In this document: positions 42,201-56,320 of the stretch, in pieces | How positions within the stretch are numbered: the stretch's first letter is position 1 | Layout of the letters: each line of letters opens with the position of its first letter | DNA from: Octopus sinensis | Lineage: Eukaryota | Length of the DNA stretch: 64,000 bases | Assembly: GCF_006345805.1 (NCBI RefSeq) | Contig: NC_043006.1 | Span: 23,560,001 to 23,624,000 of the forward strand | Direction: 5' to 3' | Translations under genes and position numbers: made by a program | The notes under the pieces: model-generated | Told to the model about the DNA's origin: nothing | Seen by the model: the letters and a program-made list of their open reading frames with translations, nothing else | Database searches by the model: none

Positions 42201-44207
42201 CTAATACAGGAAATACTAAAATGGGGAAATTCTTCATCTCAGAAATATAGAATTGTATCAGAGTGTAAAGCCAGAAGGAATGCAGCTAAGCCTTTTGTCT
42301 GCTGTGCTAACGATTCTGCCAACTTGCCGCCTTTCTAATTTCTAATGCTGCTGCATGAAGAAATTGCCAAAGCCACAGACACACAAGAGAGGGAGGAGAA
42401 TGGAAGTCAATCACACAAGACAGAGAGATAGAGAGGGAGGTAGGAGAACAAGGAGAAAGGAGAGCAGGGAGAAGGGAGAACAGGGAAGAGGGAGAGAGGC
42501 AGTGGCAGCAGGGAGGAGAGCAAGAAGGGAGAGCATGGAGGGGAGAGTAGGGAGGAAAGGGAGCAAGGAGGAAAGAAAGTAGGAAGGAAAGAGAGCAGGG
42601 AGTGGGGAGCAAGGAGGGGAGCAGGGAGTGGGCAGCAAGGAGGGGAGAGCAGTGAGAGGGAGGGAGAAAAAGGTGAGGGAGAATTAGAGAGAGAAGGGGA
42701 GAGATAATAAGGTGAGAGAATATAAGATTAAAGAAAGAGGATTAAAGAAAAAAAATAAAGGCAGTGAAGGAGAAAGAATAGAGAGGGAGAAAGACCAAGT
42801 GAAAGAGAGGGGGAGAGAGACCAAGGGAGAGAGAGGGAATGATAGACCAAGTGAAAGAGGGGGAGAGAGAGAGAGACATAAGGAGAGAGGTCCTTTCAAA
42901 TATAAAACAGCAACAAAAAAACTAATAAAAAAAAAGTGACTGAGGCTAGTGTGGATTTGAACTTACAGCATTTCCTCCCACAAACACCTGCAGAAAGATA
43001 AGTCAGACACAAACATAGTGACAGTAGAATTTACAATAAACATACCACTCCACTGAGTGTATTGCACACAAACAATTCGTTTTGTTAATTATGAGTGATG
43101 GAAGCAGTATTAGTACCAAAAGAGAATCTCTTTATATCCAACTTAACAGAGCACCAAATACTGTGTTATTAGCCTTGAGAGATCCTCTCATGTAGGAGTT
43201 CATACTGTCTGGCATGCACTGATGATTTGTAGTAGAATGAAATCAGGAGATACAGGAATTCCTGTGCCCATAGTAGGCAATTCTCTTCAGCTATGATCTA
43301 CGAGGGTAAGTCAAAAGGTAATGCCATTTTGTTTAGGACAGGTATAATTACCAATACAGGAACATGTATCATACATCAAAATGAAACTGGTCCTCTGTGG
43401 ATCACATCCCTACTTCTCAACATAGTCACCGTTTCTCTCAATAGCAATGTTCCACCTTCGAATGAGAGCATGTATCCCTGCCCCGAAAAAATTCTTTGAG
43501 TCACTTCTTCACTACAAAGTCAAAGACACAACACCTTCTTTCGAAGGCTCGTAACAGGTGATGAAACATGGGTTCATCATTATGAACTGGAATCAAAGAG
43601 GCAGTCAACAGAATGACGCCACTCTACATCACCACCACCGAAAATGTTCAAGACACAAAAGTCAGCTGGAAAAATCATGGCGACTGTCTTTGGGATGCTC
43701 AAGGTGTTATTCTCGTTGATTTCTTGCCAAATGGAAAAACAATAAACTCATAATAAGCTTCATTTTGATGTATGATACATATTCCTGTGTTGGTAATTAT
43801 ATCTGTCCTAAACAAAATGGTATTACGTTTTGACTCACCCTCATATGTGTGTGCTTTTATGCATCAAGTGTCAATATGAGATGGTCTCCCAAGGCTAATT
43901 ACGCAATTTCATAATGGGGTTTTTTTTTTGCTTGTTTGTTCATTTTTTAATAATTAGATGAAGAAAGTCAATGCCCCAAGATTATTCTGTGCCTTTTTTC
44001 TCAGAGACTTTCCAAGACTGGTAGAAGGAATTTATTCTCAGACTGGACACCTGGGCAAAAATGCTTGCTGCAAAGTAGAATCTGCTGACAGCATCCAAGG
44101 ACCTGATGAAAGATGCTGTCTGCCACAACCTTATGTAACTTAATGTAGGGGTATAATACATACTACAGGCATTATATACAGGTGTGTGTGTGTGTGTGTG
44201 GACAGAC

Positions 44208-44238
<31 letters not shown>

Positions 44239-47200
44239 TATATTACAGGCCTCACATATAAATGCATGTATTTTATATATGTTCATGAATTAAGGACAAA
44301 ATAAACAGGAATTATATAATCACTTTCATTAGCTTACAGCTGTTTCGGCTATTAGAAGTAAGAGAACTCAGAGGTGAGTACTTGTGCAATGTCTCATAGC
44401 TTTCTCGAAGCCTCTGAAATGAGTCCACAGACTGCACTACTCCTTATAGCAAAAACAGCTGTAAGCTAATGCAGTTGATTATGTAACTCCTATTCTTTTG
44501 TCATTCATTCATTGATATTGCACTCTGTACTCACCAAACACTTTTCTCTAAAGAATAAGTGTACAGAGTTTGACTAATTGCTCATTAGTATTGTTACATC
44601 TGTGCAAAATCATAATATATACACATGTATACATACATATATGTGTATACAAAATCATAAAGAGCAAATGATATTGTCATAAAAAGTTTCAGATCGGGTG
44701 TTTGTCTTGGTTCTGGGAAACGTACACCACATTCCTGCATGTTGCGACAGGATGGGCATCTAACTGTAAAATACTGCCATACAAGACCCATCAAACTCAT
44801 GCCAGCATGGAAAAATGGACGTAAAATAATCCTTTCTACTATAGGCACCAGGCCTGAAATTTGGGGGAGGGGGATAGCCGATTCAATTGACCCCAGTGTG
44901 CAACTGGTACGTAGTTTATGAACCCCAAAATGATGAAAGGCAAAATTGACCTTGGCGGAATTTGAACTCAGAATGTAGTGGCAGACAAAATACCACAAAG
45001 CATTTCACCTGGCGTGCTACTGATTCTGCCAGCTCCATGATGGAGTAAAATAATAATAATGGTTTCAAATTTTGAGGGGAGGAGCAAGGCGGTTACATCG
45101 ACTCCAGTGCCCAACTGGTTCTTATTTTATCAACCTGGATAGGATGAAAGGCCAAGTCAACCTTGGCGGCACTTGGATTTAGAACATAAAGTCAGAAGAA
45201 ATGCCACTAAGAAATTTGACCAGCATGCTACTGATTCTGACCGCTGTGGTTGAAATAGTGGTGGGAGGGAGTTGAGAAATACCAGGAGACTTAAAGAAAC
45301 CAACATCTTGTATTGTACATCAGATGTGGAAAACCTCAATAGAAGAGCAGAAGAGAAATTAAAAATAGTTGGAGGCAAGACATTAAGGCAGAGCTGAAAG
45401 AGTAAGGACCCAGCTGAAGAAAAGCAGAAAACACAGCTCTGGGTTGAAAAGAATCAAAAGAAAAATTATCAAGGGTAAATGATTAATTGGGAGAGAAGAG
45501 ATTCATTAAGTTATATATAGTCATCATCATGCTTCTGCGTTTTTCCCACGCTAGTGTCAAATTGCATCCATTCTTCACTTTCCCAAGGATAACATGGATG
45601 CATGTATAACTGCTGGTCTTCCATGAAATACCTTTTCAAAGCCTGTGCCTCAGAGAAGGCTTTTCAGGATGCAAACAGACCTCTAATCTTACAAGATAAT
45701 TCAACTGTATTTATGATACCAAAATTGCAATATAGAATCCATCCTGCTTGTGCAATTCAACTGAAAATGTCACTTGCATGGTGGCATTTGATACTTGGAA
45801 CTTTATCCTCCTGCTATCATCATCGTCACCATTTAATGTACATTTTTCCATGCTGGCATGGGTCGGATGGCCAAACAGCAACTACCAAGCCAGAGGACTG
45901 TGCCAAACTCTATTGTCTGCTTGGCACGTTTGTTACAGCCTTTCCAAATGCCAACCATTTTAGAGTGTGCTGGGGGTATTTTACACAGCACTGGCACCAG
46001 TGAGGTTACTAAGTAACTTGCATGAGAAGATCCCCGCAGCCAAAGAGGGAGTGGCTTCGATCCAGGTGATGAGAGATTAAAATACGACCGAGGGACAGAA
46101 ACAGGTGTCTTACTGTAGCCATTTAAAAAACTAAGAAACAAACAGGGGGCATGTTCTCATCCCGCCCCTCTACCACCACATAAGAAGTAGTTAAATTTTA
46201 ACATCAACCAATAACTACTGTTAACATTAGTAATTAGTAGTTCTAACTATGATGTAATGAGTGAGATGAGGGGACTGCTGAAGTATGGGATACTTACATG
46301 AGGGACAGATAGCGGCTGTGCTCCTGTTCAAAGGCATCTTTCACTTTGGCTATGTTCACCTGGAGGTTGGTCACCTCACCATTTAAGTCCATGGCATGGG
46401 CCTTCGATTTGGTCAGCTCACTGGCCAGCTCCGACGTGCGTTTCCGCTCCATTTCAATGGAAGAGTGCAAGTCATCCTGGATGACACGAGACTGCTCCAG
46501 GCGATATTCCAGTAATTTAACTGAAATGACAGAGAGGAAAAGGTTGAGAGAGTGAGAGAAAGATAGACAGACAGAGAGTGTGGGAGGATGTGTGAGAAAG
46601 AAAGAGAGATACAGAGTGTGTGTGTATGTATGAAAGAGTGTGAACATGTGTGAGAGAGAGGGGGGTGAGTCATAGAGATAAATGGATTGAAAGATAGAAA
46701 GATGGAGAGATAAAGCAAAGGAGAGAAAGACAGAGAGAGAAAACAACCACCACATCCACCACCACACTACCATCACTACAGCCACTACTACAATAACCAT
46801 CACTATCACAGCATTCATGATCACTACCATCACCATCACTACTAAACCACAAGCACCACCACCACCACCACCACTACTATGATGATCATCATTACAACAA
46901 CCACCACAAACCTAACGACCACTACTGCCACCATAAGCACCACCCCTACCATTACCACCGCAACCCCTGTAACTACAACCACTACAACAATCATAATCAA
47001 AACGGCCACCACTACCACCACCAAGGCCACAACCCCCATTGATGTCCCAAACAGAATATACACCAGTGGTTTTCAACTTTATTAATATCTGGGCCAGATC
47101 TAAAACCTGGATTTTTATTTTTAGGGATCTGCACCAAAGGAAGTAAAACACAAATCAATTGAAGAAAAATTTGTAATATTTATAGAGGGAAAACCATTGA

Positions 47201-50200
47201 GGACCACCACAAGGATGCTTGAGGGTTGTATGAGGCCCTGGGAGCCGCGGTTAAGAACCACTGGTGTACACTGTATAATTACTTACTGTGTCTTTGCAGC
47301 TGATCTTCCCGTTTGATTCGTTGTTTCTCCAGTTCCTGCAGTTTGTCGGTCAGTTGTTCTTTGTCGTCATGGTGCTGTAGTTGCATGATGGCCAGTTTAG
47401 CCTTCATGTCTCTCACTTCGGACACCAAAGACTGACGGTCAGCACATATCACTTGCTCCAGTGAAGCTTTCTGCTGGCATTCCTGCAGAGAATAAGGTAC
47501 ATGGTCAAATTAAAACTTTTGTTTGCGTAGCGTTGTGGACATGGGTATACATACATACACACTTGTTTATATGAATATGTACACACACACACACAGGTGT
47601 GTTTATGGATACATACATACACACACATACAAACACACAGTTCTGCAAACAGCAGACAAAATTTTCATATACCATCAAGTACAAAGCTAATGATCCATTC
47701 CTTTTCAAATACGGGTTCATTATAACAACATCACCACTGAACTCCCATTTTCTATGCTGGCATGGGTTGGATGGTTTGACAGGGGCTGGAAAGGCTAGGA
47801 ATGGTACCAGGTTCCACTGTCTGTTTTAGCATGGTTTCTACAGCTGGATGCCCTTCCTAATGCCAACCACTTCACAAAGTGCACTGGGTGCTCTTTACAT
47901 GGCACCAGCGCCAGTGAAGTCACCAAGTAACTTGTAAGTCAAAGATCCCACAACTGAAGGAGGCATTGTACTGATGGAAATGGCTCTGTGAAAAGCAATG
48001 AGAAGTTAAAGTACAATAGGGGGACGGGAACAGGTGTCTTGCTGAAGAGGAGATACATGGTGGCTACCAAAGTGGAGGAGAGAGAGAGAGAAAGATACCC
48101 TCAAGTTACATGGAGGTGCAAGGGTGAGTCAAAATGTAATGCCATCTTGTTTAGGACAGGTGTAATTACCAACATAGGAACATGTATCATCCATCAAAAT
48201 GAAGCCAGTCCTCCGTGGATCACATCCCTACTTCTCAATATTGTCACCGTTTTTCTCAATAGTAATGTTCCACTTTCAAATGAGAACATGTATCCCTGCC
48301 CCGAAAAAATTCTGTTGACTGTTCTTTGAGCCACTTCTTCACTACAGTTTTCACTTCCCCATCACTAGAATAATGTTTACCTCTCAAACCCTCTTTCATG
48401 GGGTTGAAGAGATGATAGTCTGAAGGTGCTAAATTATTTCAACGATGAGGAAGTGAAAACTGTAGTGAAGAAGTGGCTCAAAGAACAGTCAACAGAATTT
48501 TACGGGACAGAGAGACATGCTCTCATTCGAAGGTGGAACATTGCGAATGAGAGAAACGGTGACTATGTTGAGAAGTAGGGATATGATCCACAGAGGACCA
48601 GCTTCATTTTGATGTATGATACATGTTCCTGTGTTTGTAATTATACCTGTCCTAAACAAAATGGCATTACTTTTTGACTCACCCTCATATATATCCGTAC
48701 ACACACAGCTCTACATATTGTTTAAGCCCCAACATTAAGTCAACCCTGACAAAGGACACCAACGATCAAAGGCATTCTAGCTGACCACCCTGTATATTTA
48801 TGTATCATAATTATTGGGGGAAGCATGGCTGTGTAGTTGAGAAGCCTGCTTGCCTAATATGTGGTCTCAGATTCGGTCCCACCATGCACCACCTGGGGCA
48901 AATGTCTTCTGTCATAGTCCTGTGCCAACCAAACCCTTGGGAGTGGATGTCATGGCTAGAAACTGCGAAGACCTGTGTGTGTGTATGTGCGTGTGTATTT
49001 GAGATTAACTATGAAACCTGGGAAATGCAAGCATAAGACCATCCTGCCTAGCAAAGCTGCACCAACAGAGGTCCACTTCCAACAAATGGAACAGAATTGC
49101 AGGGGCACAAAAGAAACATAAACTCTGCAAGTTCAGGGTCAAATCCTTGCCTTCAGTCCCAACAGACCACCAGTGTCCAACCTGATGTAGAGACTTCCAA
49201 ACACACATCCGACTGATTGGACACACACAGACACACAAAGCCCTGTCTTTATCTCCCATGTGATGTCCTTGGTCAATGTTGACAACAATGGACAAACTAA
49301 TAAAAATTTGTGTGTACCCTTTTCTAGACATCACATGAAGATTGTGAATGAGTCTCATTGTCATACAGGCAGGGTTCATTGATTGACAACATTGATGTTG
49401 TTATTGATAAGGGCGATGGTAATGGTGGGGTGGAGTTTTTAACGACAATAGTTTATGGATTACCTGTTCAATGATCTTCTGTTCAAGTCTCTGCACGGCT
49501 GACAGATCAGTCCCATCGCTGTTGATAAGGACATAACTCCTCAGCTCAGACAGCAACACATCTCGCTCTCGCATGAACACATGGCTAAGGGTGTGCAACA
49601 ATTCCCTGCGCCAGTCAACGTTGGTCGAACTCAATTCCTGAAAGCAAACAGACAGAAAAAAAAAGAAAGAAAGAAACATGAGATGGAAATTGTAACAATA
49701 TTAGGAATTTGCAAAAAAGGAATTCTAGAGAATTGCATCATCATCATCATCATCACTATCATCATTTAACATCCACTCTTCCTTGCCTGCATGGATGAGA
49801 AGGAAGTTACAGGGGCAGACTTTCTATGGCTCAATGTCCTTCTTGTTATAAACCCTCATCTGCTTCCATAAAAGGTAATATTTCCCCCATGACCAAATAC
49901 ATTTTACAGAAGACTGGAAACAAGGAGCACGACTTGTATAACAGTGACACTTAATAACAACTATCATGTGGTGTCAAGGCAAGGAAACAGTAACACATAT
50001 ACAAACATGCCCACATACATATATATGTGTATGTATATATGTGTGTATATACATAGAAATATACATAAATATGAAAGTGGAACAAAAATGCAATAGAAGA
50101 GAATAAAACATTTGGACAGTCAGATGATACAAAGGCAGACAAGAGAAACAACAATTAGGACAGGCAAAAAAAGACGGGTCAATTGTGGCCTTTGTTCCTC

Positions 50201-53200
50201 AGTCAAGTACCATAAATCATGACTGTTTTGGGCAGTTACACTTGGGACGGTTTGATCTGGTCGCGCCCCTCAAAAAGTCTAAGCTAAGAGCATTAGACCC
50301 CTTAGTAAGAAAGCTAGCGAATGTGCATGGCAACAAAGACCAAAACTGGAGGACATGATACACAATTACGAATACAAACAACAAACAAATAACAACAAGT
50401 GTCTTTCGACTAAGAATGAATCCAATTGAGCTGGCATGTATGAAGTGAAAGCCTAAAGGCAGGAACATAGGAGGTATTGGCGGTCGGCAGTTGGACCAAG
50501 AAAGAAAGATCATGGCTGGCCAGGCACTGGTCATGTGGAACAGAATCGAGTGCTTTTGGCGCTAAATCATGATACCAAGTTAACTGGCATCCCTTCTTGC
50601 AATTTGGCATTCTTTCTTCGAGTCCTTATTCATTTAGTCTTTTTTCAACCATGTCTGTAAAAATTTAGTGTTAATTCTTGTGGCTTCGGAATGTTCATGA
50701 CCCCTATTTTTAGCTAAGCTGGGGCTTTTTAATACCCTGATTTTATATATATTTTTATATATATATCTATTAATTTTGCCAATATGGTTTTATACTTGTG
50801 GCCACCACTAATAATCTCTTCTGAGTAATAATGTTCTTTACACACACACACACACAAAAAACGGGGCTTCTTTCAATTTTCATCCACCAAATCCACTCAC
50901 AAGGCTTTGGTCAGCCTGGATCTGTAGCTGAAGACACTTGCCCAAGGTACCGTGCTGTGGGACTGAACCTGAAACCATGTGGCTGGAAAACAAACTTCTT
51001 ACCATACTGTCACCCCAGCCATTGCAGAAAAGAAGACTGAGTAGAGGGAGTTAATTAAATAGGCTGTTGTGGGGTAAGGCCTTATAGGAACAAGAAGAGA
51101 AGGCAGGACATGTGAAACAGGTGGTCAATCAATGACGGTAACAGCATCAGAATATGACAATATCAGGGCTATTATGTGGTCATATTATCCAATGAGATAC
51201 ATCCACCATGTGGGCATTGTGGTCAATGAGAGAACTTTTATGTGGTCATTCCAGCTAATAACAGGTCCTCTGGATGGTTATTCTAGCCAATGACAAAAGC
51301 TCTATGTAGGTCCCAGCCAGTAAGAGAACCACTACAGCCAAATATAAAGCTTCTGTGTCATCACACTAGCCTGAGAAAACCTGTATGTGGGTTCTAACCC
51401 AGGAGAAAACCACTAAGCTTACCCTAACATATGAAAGCATCAGTGAAGGAATGTCTACAAGATCACACAAGCTGCTAGAAATAGCAACCCCTAATGATCT
51501 ATAAACAGGAGGAACAGAATGAATAATGTAGTTCCAGATACACATGTCTGAAAGATTGCTGTAAAACTTTTGATCATAAGATCTGACCTAGGCCTAAACA
51601 AATGACAGGAAAAAAAACAAAAAAACTCACCCAATCAGGTGTTGCTAGTTGCTGTTCTTGGGCCAAAAGTTCTTTGAGGGCCTGAATAGCAGACAACAGT
51701 GTCTGTCGTTCTTTCTCCCAGGCTGTACGCAGAGCCTCAATGTCGATGTTTCTAGCAGTAGGTTTTGGTGTGGTGTGGTATCGAATGAACTGTAGTTCAG
51801 ACAGCGTCAGTGTTTGAATACCCTCTTTCTGAATACGGCTTAATAACACCTTCAAGAACACAAAGGAAAAAAAAAGAAAGAATTGGGCTTTAAAAGCAAT
51901 ATATGTATTAGAGTGGGTTTTATTGCAGAACAGCATAAATGGTGGAAAAATCACAGCAAAACAGCTTGCATATATAATATCACGTTATGTCTCTTTATAT
52001 TCCTCAAGTTCAAATCCTAACAAGCTAAACTAAGCATTTTGTCCTTGTGTAGGGATGTGAGGACCAATCAAAGAAATATAAGTCAAACATGAATAGAAAA
52101 CGGTTTTCTATAGCTGATGAGCTGCGCTTGAGAAGACCTGTTGAGTCAAGTAAAATCAAAACCAAAAGCAAATCAAGATCAAAATCAAAATGGAAATTGT
52201 GATCGATGCCAGTGCCGCCTGACTGGCACCCATGCTGGTGGCATGTAAAAAGCACCATTCAAGTGTGGGTTGGTGCCAGTGCCGCCTGACTGGCACCCAT
52301 GCTGGTGGCATGTAAAAAGCACCATTCAAGTGTGGGTTGGTGCCAGTGCCGCCTGACTGGCACCCATGCTGGTGGCATGTAAAAAGCACCATTCAAGTGT
52401 GGGTTGGTGCCAGTGCCGCCTGACTGGCACCCATGCTGGTGGCATGTAAAAAGCACCATTCAAGTGTGGGTTGGTGCCAGTGCCGCCTGACTGGCACCCA
52501 TGCTGGTGGCATGTAAAAAGCACCATTCAAGTGTGGGTTGGTGCCAGTGCCGCCTGACTGGCACCCATGCTGGTGGCATGTAAAAAGCACCATTCAAGTG
52601 TGGGTTGGTGCCAGTGCCGCCTGACTGGCACCCATGCTGGTGGCATGTAAAAAGCACCATTCAAGTGTGGGTTGGTGCCAGTGCCGCCTGACTGGCACCC
52701 ATGCTGGTGGCATGTAAAAAGCACCATTCAAGTGTGGGTTGGTGCCAGTGCCGCCTGACTGGCTCCCCATGCCGGTGGTACATAAAAAACATCATCCGAA
52801 TGTGGTTGATGCCGTGCCGCCTGACTAGCTCCCCATGCCGATGGCACGTAAATACCATTTTTGGAGTGGTTAGCTTTGGGAAGGGCATCCAACTGTAGAA
52901 ACCTTGCCAGATCAGACTAAAGCCTGGTGCGGCCTCCTGGCTTGCCAGCCCAAGGTCAAACCATCCAACCCATGCCAGCAAGGAAAATGGATGTTAAACA
53001 ATGATGATGATGATGATGATAGCTCTTCCTTCAAATTTATGCTCCTCAAAACAAAATCTATATCATGAAGATTATCTTTTGCTAGTTCAGTCATTGGACT
53101 AGCCATGCTGGAGCACCACCTCAAAGGGGTTTTAATTGAAAACCCTGTGTTTTTTTTTTTGGGGGGGGGGGTTGGCCAAGGGAATCATGTACTTATTCTA

Positions 53201-55880
53201 TTTTGCTCTCTTGCTGAAACACTAAGCTTTGGGAACATAAACAAACCAATACTGATTGGGAAGTGGTGGTGGGGAGGGGATAATAAAAATAGACACAATA
53301 GCATACAAACACACACACACATAATGGGCTTCCACCAAGTTTTTGTCTACAGAACCTACTCACATGGCATTGGTCAGCTGATCCTATGAAATTTCGCTCG
53401 AACCACACAATATCATTTTACAAGAAAGACTAGGACGAAAACCTTAGGGTAATGTAATCCTACATAATAACACTGTACTTGGATAAAATACAAGACAGTG
53501 ATGGCCAGAACAGCTTTGAGTATAGGGATGTTCGATCAAGGAAGAGCTGGGGCTAAACAATAACAACTGTTCTTAGATTCCCTAATTCAATTCCCCATAA
53601 TCATCATCATCATCATCATCATCAATTGCCATGCTGACATGGGTTGGATGGTTTGATAGAATCCGATGTGTCCAAGGACTGCACCATGCTCCAATTACTG
53701 CTTCAGCATGGTTTCTACCGATACCGACCACTCTACTGCATGGATTGAGTGCTTTTCACACAGCACTCACACCACTGAGGTCACAAAGATTGTTTGAAAA
53801 CCACAAGAGTGTGAAAAGGTCCCAATACCAATTTCAGTGATACTTCGCAGTATAAGCTTAATTCATCGCCTGACCAAGCTCATCTTACGATTTACTCGTT
53901 TTACAAATCAATTTTCCCTATTGAAATTAACTAAAATATAATTAATCTGTTCCAGCTCCACAAAAAAAAACACTCAAAATTATTTTTTGTGGGTTTTAAA
54001 ACAGAAAAGGCATAGTTACAAGTAAAATGACAATTATAAAAATGAGAACGCAACAGAAATATGTAAACTGGTTTTATTAACTGAATTACCTTAACCCTTT
54101 TGATACCAGCCCGGCTAAAACCGCCTCTGGCTCTGTAGTACAGATGGCTTGTTTTCATAAGTATTGAATTAAAATCTTCCACCAAACCTTAGTCACAATC
54201 TATGTTCCCAATACTAGCTTAATGATAACTAAGTTCTTTTACTAAATTCTTTGCTATATTTAAATTAATTGAATGAAACACAGAGCATCTCAAAATAAAT
54301 ACAGTAATGAAAGGGTTAAAGATGGAACGCTTTGTGTGCTCGTACTGCCGATTTCCTTCCGCTTGTATTTCAAGACAAAAATTTGCACAAGTCTCGGCTC
54401 GTACAGCAAATTATTCGTACATTGGGACACTCGTACTATGAGGTTCTACTGTGTTTCGATTGCTTTATTACAAAGCAATAATGTTATGACATATATACCA
54501 GAGAGAGTAACTCCCTCAAAAACAAAGATATGAAGATCAAAAGACTTCTCCTTTGCAAAAAAAAAGCCATAAATTGTTACCTTTAGGTGTTCTTGAATCT
54601 GTACATCATTGGTTCCATAGAGAGTCGCTTCAATGTTTGTCTGTTTCGTTGTTGTTTCTGGCTTCTGAACATGTTCATTTGGCACAACTGGACGAAATTC
54701 AGGAGATTCTACAGAGGTAGCACCCCAAGCCACATTAGTGGAACTAAATCCAGAGGCTGTAACACAAGTGAACATGTAAAGATTATATATCTATTTGTCA
54801 CTGGCGGGTGTGTGTGTGTGTGTATGCATGCAGAGAGAGAGAGTTAATGGTAGATACGAATGTATACAGTAGCACGGAAATGATTATGAAAGTGTGTGAT
54901 ATATATGGGACTATAGGAATAAATACATAACATTTTCTGTATGTCTCTGTGTAAATGTGTATATATGAATGCACACACACATACACACGCATACATACAT
55001 CTATCTACTGTGTGATGGGTAAATTGTTGCCATTATATATTTTTAATCTGATGCATGCACATTGTTTGCTTTTGATTTTGTAGACTACAGAGTATAGTAG
55101 GGTCAGTTGGGCACCATCTGTGAGAAAAAACAGCACCATGATGTAATTCAGTTTGCTAGAAATTTGGAAACGACTTGCTGTTCTGCTTGGCATTTGCACT
55201 GGAAACTCTAATACAAATTTTTCAAAACGTCTGTGTGTCAATCTGAGGACAGTGCAGAAGATTTGGAAAGAGTTGGATAAGTCCAATGGTGGTTACGAAG
55301 GTACTGCATGGTGTTTGGAGTGATCACTATTGATGGCGACATTATGCTTCCATTCATCTTCCCACATGGCCTCAACATGTAGGCCTACACCAAGGGCCAG
55401 GGGAGGTAGTGCTGCCGTGGGTCAAGAGGGTGACTGCTGGAAGACCCCATGTCTGGCAACAGGACTTTGCACGATGTCACACAAGCAGGAGAACCCAGTC
55501 ATGGCCGTCAGACAATTTCTGTGACCACATCACCCCTAATGTCTGGCCACCTAACTCCTTAGACCGCAACCCCCTTAATTATTATGTGCGGGCTCAGTTG
55601 AGTGAGAGACCAACAAAACTCCTTGTAACACTAAAGATGAAATGAAGGCAAGGATTGTGGCAGCATTCACCAACTTAAACAAGGAAACCGTCTAGAAGAG
55701 TTGCAGGAGATTCTAAGGTCATCTGGAGACCGTGGTTGAAGCCAATGGTGATTTTATTGAATAAATTTTCTCTTCGGTATTTCAAGATATTTTTATGTAA
55801 TTTTGGTAAATATATCTGTTAAAATGTCAGTGTTATTTTCATTTTTGCATAATTTAGACAACAATTTATTCACTGCACCC

Positions 55881-55960
<80 letters not shown>

Positions 55961-56267
55961 AATTTATATAAATAAGGATAAGATCGATATTTAAATACTG
56001 ATCTTATCAGGTGGCCAGCATGGGAATAAAAACCTTTCAAAGGTAATAATTATTTAAAATTATAATTTAGGGTGTCTAAGAGATACCACCATGCTGAAAA
56101 TAGCAAAGCCAGAAATCCGGAATCTGGAATTATCCAGTAATTTTTTTTGTTAGTTTATTTTGTCTCTTTGTCTTCTCTCCTAGTGCTATATGAACATTTA
56201 ATATGGTTTTAGAGTCAAGTTTTGACTGCTATTTCCAGTGTGGTGGTATCTCTTAGATACCCTAAAT

Positions 56268-56320
<53 letters not shown>

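Noticed and set aside
42307-42939. G-rich purine tract and R/E/G-rich ORFs
   Set aside because: Low-complexity (GA/GGA) sequence; G-quadruplex potential alone is not distinctive in this genome.
50100-50800. Possible additional retroelement or exon
   Set aside because: Non-repetitive within the window, but no recognisable motif or phase-compatible exon, and the flanking exons already join in phase.
52206-52762. CRISPR-like array with palindromic repeats and repeated 66-aa ORFs
   Set aside because: Units are fully identical with no unique spacers, there are no cas genes, the context is a eukaryotic intron inside an RTE 3' UTR, and the ORFs are by-products of the 67-bp period.
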